Assembly (NCBI GenBank): GCA_031362565.1
Contig: JANLSU010000101.1
Location: 1 to 64,000, forward strand
DNA: 64,000 nucleotides
Direction: 5' to 3'
Origin: a bacterium
Lineage (GTDB): Bacteria > Krumholzibacteriota > Krumholzibacteriia > G020349025
Positions 10,094 to 19,457 of this stretch are shown piece by piece (positions within the stretch are counted from its first letter, which is position 1; each line of letters opens with the position of its first letter). Under the pieces are notes generated by a model. The model ran no database searches. It saw nothing but the letters and a program-made list of their open reading frames with translations, and was not told the DNA's origin. Both the position numbers and the translations under genes were made by a program.

Positions 10094-10490
10094 GATCTGC
10101 CTCCACTATTTCCTGATGTACACTCGAGCCTGCAGCGATGGCACTCCAAGCGGCCACGCCACCCGGCGCTGCCCTCACCCCGAAACACCTGAAAGCGCCG
10201 CACGCGAAACGCGGAGCGCGTTTCGACCAGTCGAAGCCTCTCACAGGACCCTCCGAGGGGCCGCCGTGAATCTAGGGTGAAGCGGGTTCATCCTAAAAGG
10301 CGCGGCCGAAAACAAGCAAGAAAAAAGGGCTCGTGAGACGCAATTGCTGCGCCCAGCCGAACCGGCCGGGCAGTGGGGCAAAAGGACCAGGACCGCGACA
10401 CGGACCGAGTGAAGCATCGCTGGTCACCGCGAAACGAATCCGCTCCGTCGGCGCGATCGTTCTTCGCTGGGTTTCTGCGGTCCCTAGGGC

Positions 10491-10528
10491 AAAGAGAAGC
10501 CCCCGCCGCGGTGTGGCGACGGGGGCTC
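10491..10528 (-). terminator. Putative intrinsic terminator of the metallopeptidase gene
   Basis: Minus-strand AGCCCCCG...CGGGGGCT stem followed by TCTCTTT, just after the stop at 10547. Confidence 0.55.
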
Positions 10529-10546
10529 ATCTCGAAACGATCGCGG

Positions 10547-13477
10547 TCAGCGTACGACGACCAGCTTGCGGGTCACGAGCGCCTCGCCGGCTGCGAGTCG
10601 GTAGAAATACACGCCCGCCGGCACCGGGCTGCCGTGGTCGTCGCGCCCGTCCCATTGCGCCGAGTGCCGGCCCGCAGCCAGAACGCCGGAGGCCAGAAGG
10701 CGCACGCGATGCCCCGCGACGTCGAACACCGTGAGCGAGCCCGAGGCCGCGCGCGGCAGCCCGAATCGAATCGTCGCCATACCGTCCGGCGCCGGATTCG
10801 GTTCGCTCTGTGCGAGGGCGGCGATTTCGTCGATCGGTCCGGCGTCGGTGGCAACGTTGGCCGGCCCGTTCAGGCGCACGCACCAAGAGACCAGACGGCC
10901 GTTACTGCCGTCGGTGACCGGGTCGACGACGCGCAGGATCCAACTGCCGTTGGCGCTGTCGCCCACGAAATCACTGAGCGCGCCCGGACCCGAAACCGTG
11001 AGGGTCGTCGGGTAGGTGCCGATGATGTTGTCGGCGGTGACACCCGTCTGGTTGTGCAAGCGCACCGTCTTCGAGCCGTGACGCAGCTCGACGATCAGGT
11101 CACCGATCGATGGATGCGTGATGTTGACATCGCATTCCAGCGACAGCACGTTCCAGTTGTTGTTCGTGACGTTCTGGATGTTGGAGATCCCGAAGACACC
11201 TTCCACGACGAGTTGGTTCGGCGCCACGCACGCCTGCAACTGCAACTGCTCGAAGAGCACCAGATCCTGGTACTCGGTCGTGGTCGCGAGCTGCACCGGC
11301 ACCCCGGTCTTGGTGGCGGCAGCGAAGCCGGCTTTGGAAGCCGTGATCTTGTAACTATCCACGAACAGCCCCGAGAACGCGTAGCTGCCGTCGAGCGTCG
11401 AAACCGTGCTGGCGCCGCCTGGCGTCAGCGTCACCAAAACGCCGGAATTGTCGACCTGATGCGCCAAGTGCACCCGGCCCGAAATACCGCCGTTGTTCGG
11501 ACCAATGTGGAACGAGTTGAAGGTCCCCGGCGCCCCCGTCGGCTTGACTGCCGTGCCGCCGTTCACATCACGAGCGCGAATGTAGTAGCGCACCACGACG
11601 CCGGTCAGCGGCCCCGGAATAGACGCCGAATACTCGTTGGGATTGCCGGTCGCCGTCATCACGAGCGAATCGGTGAAGACGCCGGTCGTTCCGTAGTACA
11701 GCTTCACGGAGGCGAGTGGCTGCACCGTCGTCACCGTCGCCACGACGGGATACGGCCCGGTCGTATCGTTCGTGTCGCCGACCGGCGAATGCGCGATCGT
11801 CGGCACAAAGTTCGCTGGATTGACGAAACCCCAGAACCCGAGCACCGGGACGAGCGTCGCCAGGTGCGCCCCGCCGTAGAAGTCGATATCGGACTGAATG
11901 ACCTGGTTCGCGGCATCGGCCATTGTCGCACTCGTTCCAAGCGCGAAATGATGATCGAGAACGAGCTTGTCCATCACCGTACGCCCGACGCGGCGCAGGC
12001 AATCAGTCAAGCCGCTCGACCAGAGCGTTCCCGAAGCGTGTACTTCACCGCAGCAATTCTGCGGGTAGTGCATCGTCGAATCGACGAGGACGCGCCCCGG
12101 CCAGAAGGCATTGTGGCCATCCCAGTTGAAGCAGAAGCTCGGCTCGAAGGTCGGATTGATGGAGTAGGAGTACGACCCGGCCCAGTAGTCGCCGAAGCCT
12201 TCCCCCATTTGTCCTTCCTGGTCACCGCCCCAACCCGGCACGATGTTGTCCTGGATCGAGTGCCCATATTCGTGCACGACCACGTCCGCGTCCTCGGCGT
12301 CGTCGACACCGCCTTCACCGAACGCGAGCCGCTTCGACGACGGGATGTAGTGCGAGTTATCGGCGCCGCTCAACCCGTGCGAATCGATTTCCTGGATCCG
12401 GTTATTGACGTTGGCGAATCCCAGGCTCTGAATGTAGCGCTGGTTCTGATCGATGTGGAAATAGCAGTTCACGTCCTCGAAGCCCTGGGCGTTGCGCTGG
12501 AACAAGAAGGCATTGGGATCGCTAGTCGTGACCGGGGTCGAAACCGGCGACTCGAATTCGATGATCTTGGCATACGGACCCGACAAGCTGTAGATCGACC
12601 CGGTCTGGGTGATCCCAAGGAGCGCCCGCGTGTCGTACGCGCCCGGAAACGGCACCGCCGAATCGGCGTCGCTGTTGTCGATGAAGGTCGTGTTGTTGAG
12701 CTTGGTCCGCGGATCCGGATCGAAGACTCGGCCCGTGCCGTCGACGTACTGCATGCGGTCCTCGACGCCGAGCATCGCGCCGGTCTGGGCATCCACGAAC
12801 ACGAGCCAGTCGCCCATCGGCGCCTCGACGGGCACCGACACGAGCCACGCGAGACGGCCGCCGGCCGGGGTCTCGACCACCGACAGCTTGGCCGTGAAGT
12901 CGCCGATCGCCTTGCCGGTCGGCTGAACCGCCGCTTGGCCGACAGCGAGCGCCGCCGCGGCATCGAGGGCGGGCGTCGTCTTGACCAGGAGTCCCGGGCG
13001 GAGGGTGCTGTGGACGGACGAGACCTCGCCATCCTGCGCCACCTTGACCACGACTTCGGCGCGGTACACCGGCACCCCGTCCACCACCTGGTCATAACGG
13101 TAGTGGGTTCCCGAGAGGCTCGCCTTCTCACTCGTCAGCTCGACTTGGATCGTGCCGCCACCCGACGCCAGCCCGAGTTCGGCGGCATGGGCGGCGAGGA
13201 AGTTCTCGGCCGCGACCCGCGCCGGCATGGCCTTGGAGACGGGGCCGGGGGGCGTGCGCCGGTACAGATGGCGCAGGAGCCCGGTGTCGGTGCCGTATTG
13301 CAGTTGCACGTCGCCGTCGCGGACAAAGCCGCTCGCGGCTTCGATCTCGCGCACCGCACTGCGAAGGCTTGCCTTGCCGGGGACAGCGGCCGGTGCCTTC
13401 TGAGCCCACGCCGGCATGCCAGCCAGGGCTACGAGCAGGGCGGCCGCGGCCGCAGTGCGCACGGAGGAAAGCGGCAT
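10547..13477 (-). CDS. Secreted M36/M4-like zinc metallopeptidase with FTP propeptide, P-domain and C-terminal FlgD-Ig domain
   Basis: HEYGH zinc motif, GEGFGD, HYRYDQ propeptide, ITHPSIGDL P-domain, WDGRDD..G..VPAGVYFYRL C-terminus. Confidence 0.9.
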   Translation of the reverse strand: MPLSSVRTAAAAALLVALAGMPAWAQKAPAAVPGKASLRSAVREIEAASGFVRDGDVQLQYGTDTGLLRHLYRRTPPGPVSKAMPARVAAENFLAAHAAELGLASGGGTIQVELTSEKASLSGTHYRYDQVVDGVPVYRAEVVVKVAQDGEVSSVHSTLRPGLLVKTTPALDAAAALAVGQAAVQPTGKAIGDFTAKLSVVETPAGGRLAWLVSVPVEAPMGDWLVFVDAQTGAMLGVEDRMQYVDGTGRVFDPDPRTKLNNTTFIDNSDADSAVPFPGAYDTRALLGITQTGSIYSLSGPYAKIIEFESPVSTPVTTSDPNAFLFQRNAQGFEDVNCYFHIDQNQRYIQSLGFANVNNRIQEIDSHGLSGADNSHYIPSSKRLAFGEGGVDDAEDADVVVHEYGHSIQDNIVPGWGGDQEGQMGEGFGDYWAGSYSYSINPTFEPSFCFNWDGHNAFWPGRVLVDSTMHYPQNCCGEVHASGTLWSSGLTDCLRRVGRTVMDKLVLDHHFALGTSATMADAANQVIQSDIDFYGGAHLATLVPVLGFWGFVNPANFVPTIAHSPVGDTNDTTGPYPVVATVTTVQPLASVKLYYGTTGVFTDSLVMTATGNPNEYSASIPGPLTGVVVRYYIRARDVNGGTAVKPTGAPGTFNSFHIGPNNGGISGRVHLAHQVDNSGVLVTLTPGGASTVSTLDGSYAFSGLFVDSYKITASKAGFAAATKTGVPVQLATTTEYQDLVLFEQLQLQACVAPNQLVVEGVFGISNIQNVTNNNWNVLSLECDVNITHPSIGDLIVELRHGSKTVRLHNQTGVTADNIIGTYPTTLTVSGPGALSDFVGDSANGSWILRVVDPVTDGSNGRLVSWCVRLNGPANVATDAGPIDEIAALAQSEPNPAPDGMATIRFGLPRAASGSLTVFDVAGHRVRLLASGVLAAGRHSAQWDGRDDHGSPVPAGVYFYRLAAGEALVTRKLVVVR

Positions 13478-13664
13478 CGGATCGTCTCCCGGACAGAGGT
13501 TGGGCCGCGAAATGCAGACGACGGCGCGCGTCATGCTGGGACGCCGCTGCCGTCGGTGAGACGCGAGAACGATGTTGATTGTTAGGGTTGGAGAACGGTC
13601 CTGTCAACCGTGCGTTGGTTGCGCGGTCGATGCGGCGTTGCACCGCATCGACCGCTTGCCCCTG

Positions 13665-14900
13665 TTACTCGAAGCGGAGTGCGACGATCGGATCCTTGCG
13701 GGCCGCCTGCTGCGCCGGGTAGAGACCGAAGACGACGCCGACCGTGCCCGAGATGCCGAACGACACGAGGACCGAGATCGGCGACACGACCGTGTCCCAC
13801 TTGGCGAACAGGTTGATGGCGAGCGCCATGCCGGCGCCGAGCAGGATGCCGATGATGCCGCCGCTCACCGCGATCAGCACCGTCTCGTTCAGGAACTGAC
13901 CGAGGATGTCGCGCTGGGAAGCGCCCAGAGCCCGCCGGATGCCGATTTCCTTGGTCCGTTCGGTGACCGTCGCCAGCATGATGTTCATGATGCCGATGCC
14001 GCCGACCAGCAGCGACAACGCCGCGATGGACCCCATGACGATGTTGAAGATGCGCTGGGTGCGCTGGCTCTGCGCCAAGAGTTCATCGGGAATGAGGACC
14101 TCGTAGTCCTTGACGCCGTAGTGCCGGCGCTCGAGCACCCGCCGCACGAGCACCGCCGCGGGCACGACGAAGGCGGCATTCCGGACCTGGACGGCGATTT
14201 CTTCCACCTGGTCGGGATAGTCGTCGTCGGTAAAGCGCTTCAGCGCCGTCGCCGCCGGGATATAGACGTCGCGATTGATGTTGCGCAACTTGATCGCCGC
14301 CGTCTTGCCCTCTTTGAAATTCTTCTGGCCCATGACGCCGACGACTTCGAAGTTCTCTTCGCCAATCTTGAGCGACTTGCCGATCGCCTCCCCGATGCCG
14401 AAGATCTCGCGGTGAACTTCCGAGCCCAGCACGCAGACCCGCGCCGCGGTCTTTTCGTCCAGGTACGAAATGAAACGGCCGCTCGACGCCCGCGCGTTGG
14501 TGATCTCGTCGTACATGTCATTGACGCCGACCACTTTGATTCCCTCGGGCCGCTTGGCGCCCAGGTAGACCTCGGCTTCGATGAACTTGATCGGTGAAAC
14601 CGCGCTGGCATAGGGCACCTTGTCGGCGAGATCGCGCGCGTCCTGCCAGCAGAGCCCCTCGGAGACCGTTTCTTCGTTCTCCTGTTGCTCGACGGTCTTC
14701 TCCGCCTTCTTGATGCGGATGTTGTTGGTGCCAAGCAACCGGATCTGTTCCAACGTCTCGCGGCGCGCACCCTCACCAATCGACATCATGGAAATCACCG
14801 CGGCGACGCCGAAAATGACGCCGAACATCGTCAGCAGCGTACGGAGTTTGTGCCGCACGAGGTTCTTCACCCCGGAAGACAGCATCTCACGAACATCCAT
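13665..14900 (-). CDS. MacB/FtsX-family ABC transporter permease
   Basis: LRTLLTMFGVIFGVAAVI and VGGIGIMNIMLATVTERTKEIGIRRALGA motifs. Confidence 0.95.
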   Translation of the reverse strand: MDVREMLSSGVKNLVRHKLRTLLTMFGVIFGVAAVISMMSIGEGARRETLEQIRLLGTNNIRIKKAEKTVEQQENEETVSEGLCWQDARDLADKVPYASAVSPIKFIEAEVYLGAKRPEGIKVVGVNDMYDEITNARASSGRFISYLDEKTAARVCVLGSEVHREIFGIGEAIGKSLKIGEENFEVVGVMGQKNFKEGKTAAIKLRNINRDVYIPAATALKRFTDDDYPDQVEEIAVQVRNAAFVVPAAVLVRRVLERRHYGVKDYEVLIPDELLAQSQRTQRIFNIVMGSIAALSLLVGGIGIMNIMLATVTERTKEIGIRRALGASQRDILGQFLNETVLIAVSGGIIGILLGAGMALAINLFAKWDTVVSPISVLVSFGISGTVGVVFGLYPAQQAARKDPIVALRFE

Positions 14901-14910
14901 GTCGTGCCTC

Positions 14911-15642
14911 CTAAGCTTCCTCGCGCCAGCCGGTGCCGGTCACGGCCGGCCGGGGCGCGCTCTTACGGCTGCCGGTATCGCGCTCCACGACACCGTCGCG
15001 CATCGAAATCACCCGTTCGCTCCATTTGGCCACTTCCGGATCGTGGGTCACGAGGACGAGTGTCGTGCCACCTTGGTGCAGCTTCTCGAAGATGCGCAGA
15101 ATCTCGATTCCGGTCGCCGAATCCAGGTTTCCGGTCGGTTCGTCGGCCAGAATCAGCGGCGGTGCGTTGACGAGTGAACGGGCAATTGCCACACGCTGGC
15201 ACTCGCCGCCCGAGAGTTCGGTCGGCCGGTGCTCGTGGCGGTGCCCCAACCCGACCGCGTCCAAGACTTTCTGGGCCCGGTCACGCCGTTCCTCGCGCGG
15301 CACGGCGGCGTATACCAGCGGCAGTTCGACGTTCTCGACCACCGTCAGCTGCGGAATCAGATTGAAGCTCTGGAAAATGAAGCCGACCTTGCGATTGCGC
15401 AAGCGCGACATTTCCACGTCCAACAGAGTCTCGGCGGCGGTGCCGTCGAGCAAATACCGTCCCGTGGTCGGCCGGTCGAGACAGCCGAGGATGTGCATGA
15501 GCGTCGACTTGCCCGATCCCGACGGACCCATGATGGTGACAAACTCGCCGTAGTCGATCTGCAGGCTGACGCCTTTCAGTGCGGCGACTTCGTTGTCACC
15601 CATGCGGTAGACACGACGCATGTCCTGCACGTCGATCAGCAT
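14911..15642 (-). CDS. ABC transporter ATP-binding protein (LolD/MacB type)
   Basis: GPSGSGKST Walker A, LSGGECQR signature, ILADEPTGNLD. Confidence 0.96.
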   Translation of the reverse strand: MLIDVQDMRRVYRMGDNEVAALKGVSLQIDYGEFVTIMGPSGSGKSTLMHILGCLDRPTTGRYLLDGTAAETLLDVEMSRLRNRKVGFIFQSFNLIPQLTVVENVELPLVYAAVPREERRDRAQKVLDAVGLGHRHEHRPTELSGGECQRVAIARSLVNAPPLILADEPTGNLDSATGIEILRIFEKLHQGGTTLVLVTHDPEVAKWSERVISMRDGVVERDTGSRKSAPRPAVTGTGWREEA

Positions 15643-15654
15643 GGTGCTGCTCCT

Positions 15655-16827
15655 TCAGCTCGGCTGTCCCAAACAAACCTTGTCACCGGGCTTCAAGCCC
15701 GAACGGATGACCACGAACTTGTCGTTGCTGGCGCCGCATTCCACGACCACGCGGTGCGACTTACGTCCACGCTTGAGGTAGGCGACCGTCTTGCCGTCTT
15801 CGTTGAACACGGCTTCGACCGGCACGTAGGTGACGTCCTTCAACTCGTCGATGAGAATTTGGGCGTTCGCCGACAAACCGGGACGCAGGCGCGGATCGGC
15901 GTCCAGCACATCGATGGTGACCTCGAACACCTTGACGCCGGTGCGGCGGCCCGACACTTTGCTCACCTTGTGCTCGGCCAGATTGCCGACCGTCGCCACC
16001 TTGCCCTTGAACTTCATGTCCGGCACGGCGTCGAGCCCGATCGTCACCGGCTGGCCCGGCTGGATCTTTTGGACGTCCATTTCGTTGATCTCGGTTTCGA
16101 CCTGCATGGTCGAGATGTCCGGCAGGTACATGAGCGGCTGGCCCTGGAACGGTGTATCGCCGACCCCGACCTTCTTGCCGTCTTCCGGGCGCCCGACGTT
16201 GGCGTACACGACGAGTCCGGCCATCGGCGCATAGACCGCATTGGCTTCCAGCTTGTGCTTCATTTGGTCGAGCCCACCATGGGCGAACTGGACGTTGGAT
16301 TTCTCCTGGTCGACCGCCGCGTCGTAGGACGCCGTCCTGGACTTGAGTTCGAGGTAGGCAAGACGGGCTTCCTCGACTTCGCTGTCCATGGCGAAGCCCT
16401 TCTTCTTCAACTCGAGCAATGATTGGTAGTTCTTATTGGAGGACTCTTCCTTGAAGTGCTGCGCCTCGAGATCGCTCTCGGCCTTGCGCAGAGAAGCCAC
16501 CGCACGCGAAACCGCGGAGTTTTGCTCGTCGATGCCGATCTTGTACTTCTCGGATTCGAGTTGCACGATCAGCTCGCCGGGTTTGACCCACGACCCTTCC
16601 TTGGCAAGGAACAGAATGAGCCGGTCGTTCGGCGCCCCGATCGTCGCCGAGCGGGTGGCTTTGAGTTCGCCGACTTCGTTCAGCGTCAGGGTCAAGTCGC
16701 CGTGTGTGACGTCCGCCGTCGGCAGGTCGATTTCGTTACCGCTGGAAGCGGCAATTCGCCACCCGACGAGCGCCACGACCACGACGGCGGCGAGAATCCG
16801 GAACCACATTGTGCGCAGGATCTGCAT
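15655..16827 (-). CDS. MacA-like periplasmic adaptor (membrane fusion protein)
   Basis: N-terminal TM anchor, lipoyl-like halves, coiled coil, LRPGLSA and GLKPGDKV motifs. Confidence 0.92.
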   Translation of the reverse strand: MQILRTMWFRILAAVVVVALVGWRIAASSGNEIDLPTADVTHGDLTLTLNEVGELKATRSATIGAPNDRLILFLAKEGSWVKPGELIVQLESEKYKIGIDEQNSAVSRAVASLRKAESDLEAQHFKEESSNKNYQSLLELKKKGFAMDSEVEEARLAYLELKSRTASYDAAVDQEKSNVQFAHGGLDQMKHKLEANAVYAPMAGLVVYANVGRPEDGKKVGVGDTPFQGQPLMYLPDISTMQVETEINEMDVQKIQPGQPVTIGLDAVPDMKFKGKVATVGNLAEHKVSKVSGRRTGVKVFEVTIDVLDADPRLRPGLSANAQILIDELKDVTYVPVEAVFNEDGKTVAYLKRGRKSHRVVVECGASNDKFVVIRSGLKPGDKVCLGQPS

Positions 16828-16949
16828 GTCGTCACCTCGGTCGGTTGGAGTCGCTCCATCAATGATTGTGCAAGATGCGCTGACGCGGAGCGTGCGTCGT
16901 GGCGCCGAAAACAAAATTGGTCGATTGGCGATGAACTGTGCGGTCGCGC

Positions 16950-17543
16950 TTACTCCGGAACCGGCGTCTTGTTCTTGGTGCTTTCGTCGCACACAACCGC
17001 GACGCCGAGCACGACGAGGCGGTGCAGAGAAGCGTCGACCGCTTCGATGCGACCTGTGATCTCATCCTCGTCACTGTTCTTCTCCGGTTTCGGATCGAGG
17101 CGCTTGATTTCGATCTCGTCGGCGAGCAGCGTCCCGTCCTTTTGGATCTGCCCTTCGGCCTCGACGCGGTCGCCTTGCCGCAGTTCCGAGAAGGCGACAT
17201 GCCGTCCGGGGCCGCCCTGTATTTCGGTCCGGTGGTTCGTGACCACCTGCAGTCCGTTGCCCATCGTCAGGCGCTTGCGCGCCACATCGAGCACCGTGAC
17301 CGTACCCTTGACCTCGACCTCGTCCAGATCACCGCGCAGCACCTTGATCTCGCTCGCCCGGACGACCTGGCCCGCACCCAACGGGCCTTCAACCTTGACC
17401 CAGACGCCTTTCGCGAGGCGTGGAAACCATTCGCCGAGCGGCGGCCGCCGGCTTTCGCCGCGGGCAGGGGCCACGACGGCAATGGCGAGCAGCGCCGCGG
17501 CGATCCAGTTGCTTGTGCGTGCCTGCTGCAAGGATCGCCGCAT
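16950..17543 (-). CDS. DUF5666-repeat secreted protein
   Basis: Signal peptide; repeated 'G.v..vD......v.G..v..d..T' units; LRQGDRVEAEG...LLADEIEIK. Confidence 0.75.
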   Translation of the reverse strand: MRRSLQQARTSNWIAAALLAIAVVAPARGESRRPPLGEWFPRLAKGVWVKVEGPLGAGQVVRASEIKVLRGDLDEVEVKGTVTVLDVARKRLTMGNGLQVVTNHRTEIQGGPGRHVAFSELRQGDRVEAEGQIQKDGTLLADEIEIKRLDPKPEKNSDEDEITGRIEAVDASLHRLVVLGVAVVCDESTKNKTPVPE

Positions 17544-17645
17544 TCCAGTTCGACTTCCGCTCGGGTCCGGGCCGCGGGCACCCCCCACGACTCCCTGATG
17601 CTACGGCCTCCGGTCCAAAGCGTTGTCATCCCGGCGTCCCGCGCG

Positions 17646-17663
17646 TGTAACAAGTCTGTAACA
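17646..17663. promoter_or_regulatory. OmpR/PhoB-type direct-repeat box
   Basis: TGTAACA-agtc-TGTAACA with an 11-bp period, upstream of the DUF5666/MacAB genes. Confidence 0.55.
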
Positions 17664-17675
17664 CCGCCGGCGGCC

Positions 17676-18134
17676 TCAAGCCTCGATCTCACAATCCTCG
17701 TCGCAGCGCACCAGGAAGCCCATTACGGACAGTGTCCGCGCGTGTGGATCCATGGCCGTAATGGCACTTTCGATCTGGTCCATCTCGTCCGGCGTCCGTG
17801 ATTTAGTCTTGATCTTCACCGGCTCGAACCGGCGCCCATCGAGAGCGCGCCCCTTGGTCTTGACGCGCGTTCCAGGCTGGATCTCCTCCAGGCGCAGTGC
17901 CTGCTTGTCCAAGCCCTTCATTTCGACGCCATTGCCGATTGCGACCGCGAGCCCGAGGATGCGGAGGGTTCCCGACGCCGCATCGGCGCTCTCCACCATC
18001 GCTTCGATCTCGTCCATGTCGCCGTCGCTCTTGATCGAAATCGTCTGGGCGCGAAACGCACCGTCGGCGAACGCGCCTTCGACGCTGATGCGCATACCGA
18101 TCCGCAAATCGCTGAAGTCGTAGAAACCTTGCAT
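17676..18134 (-). CDS. DUF5666-repeat protein
   Basis: LRIGMRISVEG...AQTISIK repeat units; AAGGAG RBS. Confidence 0.75.
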   Translation of the reverse strand: MQGFYDFSDLRIGMRISVEGAFADGAFRAQTISIKSDGDMDEIEAMVESADAASGTLRILGLAVAIGNGVEMKGLDKQALRLEEIQPGTRVKTKGRALDGRRFEPVKIKTKSRTPDEMDQIESAITAMDPHARTLSVMGFLVRCDEDCEIEA

Positions 18135-18198
18135 CCGCTGTCTCCTTTGCCTTGCCCGTCTCGAACCTCGTTGCCCCGTTGGCTGATGCCGGTACAGG

Positions 18199-19449
18199 TC
18201 AGCGCCGTACGAGCGCCGTCGTCGCCGCCAGATCCGCCGCGCGCCGTGCATTGGCGGCCCACGTGCGCTCGCGGTGCGTCCATTCGCGGCCGCGCTCGGC
18301 GCGTCCGAGCGCCGTCTTTGGATCCGCCAGCACTGCTTCGATGGCTTGCGCCAACGACGCCGGGTCGCCCGGTACCGCCGGCTCGACGTAACCCGCTTCG
18401 ACGAGATCGGTAATCTGGCCGAGACGCGAAGCCACGACCGGCTTCCCGGCGGCCAGGGACTCGTAGACCTTGAGCGGCGAGAAATAAAAGTCCTCGGCCG
18501 GCAGATACGGCGCCACCGTCAGATCCATTGCGTCCAGCAGTTCCGGCACGCGGGCGTGATCCACGGCGCCCGTGAACACGACCGCACCGTCCAGGCCGCG
18601 TGACCGCGCCGTGGCCCGGAGCGCGTCACCCTTGGGACCATCGCCCACCAAGAGCAACCGAGCCGTGGGCCAGCGCGGATGCAGCAGTGTGAAGGCGTCC
18701 AGCAACACGTCGGTCCCGTGCCAGCTCTTCAAGCTGCCGACAAAGCCGATCACCGGGCCCAAGCCCAAACCGAGTGCTTGGCGGACGCGCGCCCCTTGGC
18801 CGGCGGCCGCTTCAAAGCGTTCGACGTCGACCCCGTTCGCGACCACATGGACGCGATCGCGCGGTGCACCCTCGGCGCAAGCCCGGGCAGCGAGTTCGGC
18901 GGAAACCGCCAACATGGCATCGGTCTCGCGCCAGACGCGCGCCTCGACGGCGCGCGCCACGTCGCCCAAGTGCAAACCGCGGGCGCGTTCCTGTTCGAGA
19001 CAGAGCGGCGCGTTCACTTCGAGCACATGCGGCACACCGAGCGCCCGCGCCAAGCCCAGTCCGCCGGCGCCAAAGAGTGCATAGCGTTCGTAGACGAAGT
19101 CCGCACCGAAGTCGCGCAAGCGTGGCGCTGCGGCTTCGAGCAACTGGTTGTAGAGAATGTTGCGGACTTCTTGCGCGACTCGGGACGGATGTCCGGCAGC
19201 GGTCGGCCCGAAGGCGCGATCGGCGCGCCGGAGTGCATCGAGAGCCGGCAGGTGCGGTTCGAGATCCACCGGATCGAGCACCGACAATTGAAAATCGGCA
19301 TTGCCGGCGCGTTCGATGGCCGGCGACAACACTTGCACCGTGTGGCCAAGCCCGGCGAAGGCGTTCGCCATCGCCCGCAGGTGAATCGACGCGCCCTTGT
19401 GCCCGTAGACCGGGACGCCGAAGTCGCTGCACACGTAGAAGATCCGCAT
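18199..19449 (-). CDS. Glycosyltransferase family 4
   Basis: GHKGASIH, FVYERY, LEVNAPL, GFVGSLKSWHG and FYFSPLKVYE motifs. Confidence 0.93.
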   Translation of the reverse strand: MRIFYVCSDFGVPVYGHKGASIHLRAMANAFAGLGHTVQVLSPAIERAGNADFQLSVLDPVDLEPHLPALDALRRADRAFGPTAAGHPSRVAQEVRNILYNQLLEAAAPRLRDFGADFVYERYALFGAGGLGLARALGVPHVLEVNAPLCLEQERARGLHLGDVARAVEARVWRETDAMLAVSAELAARACAEGAPRDRVHVVANGVDVERFEAAAGQGARVRQALGLGLGPVIGFVGSLKSWHGTDVLLDAFTLLHPRWPTARLLLVGDGPKGDALRATARSRGLDGAVVFTGAVDHARVPELLDAMDLTVAPYLPAEDFYFSPLKVYESLAAGKPVVASRLGQITDLVEAGYVEPAVPGDPASLAQAIEAVLADPKTALGRAERGREWTHRERTWAANARRAADLAATTALVRR

Positions 19450-19457
19450 CGAAGAAC

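Noticed and set aside
10373..13585. 1070-aa plus-strand ORF
   Set aside because: Antisense shadow of the metallopeptidase gene; Arg-rich with no motifs, as expected in high-GC DNA.
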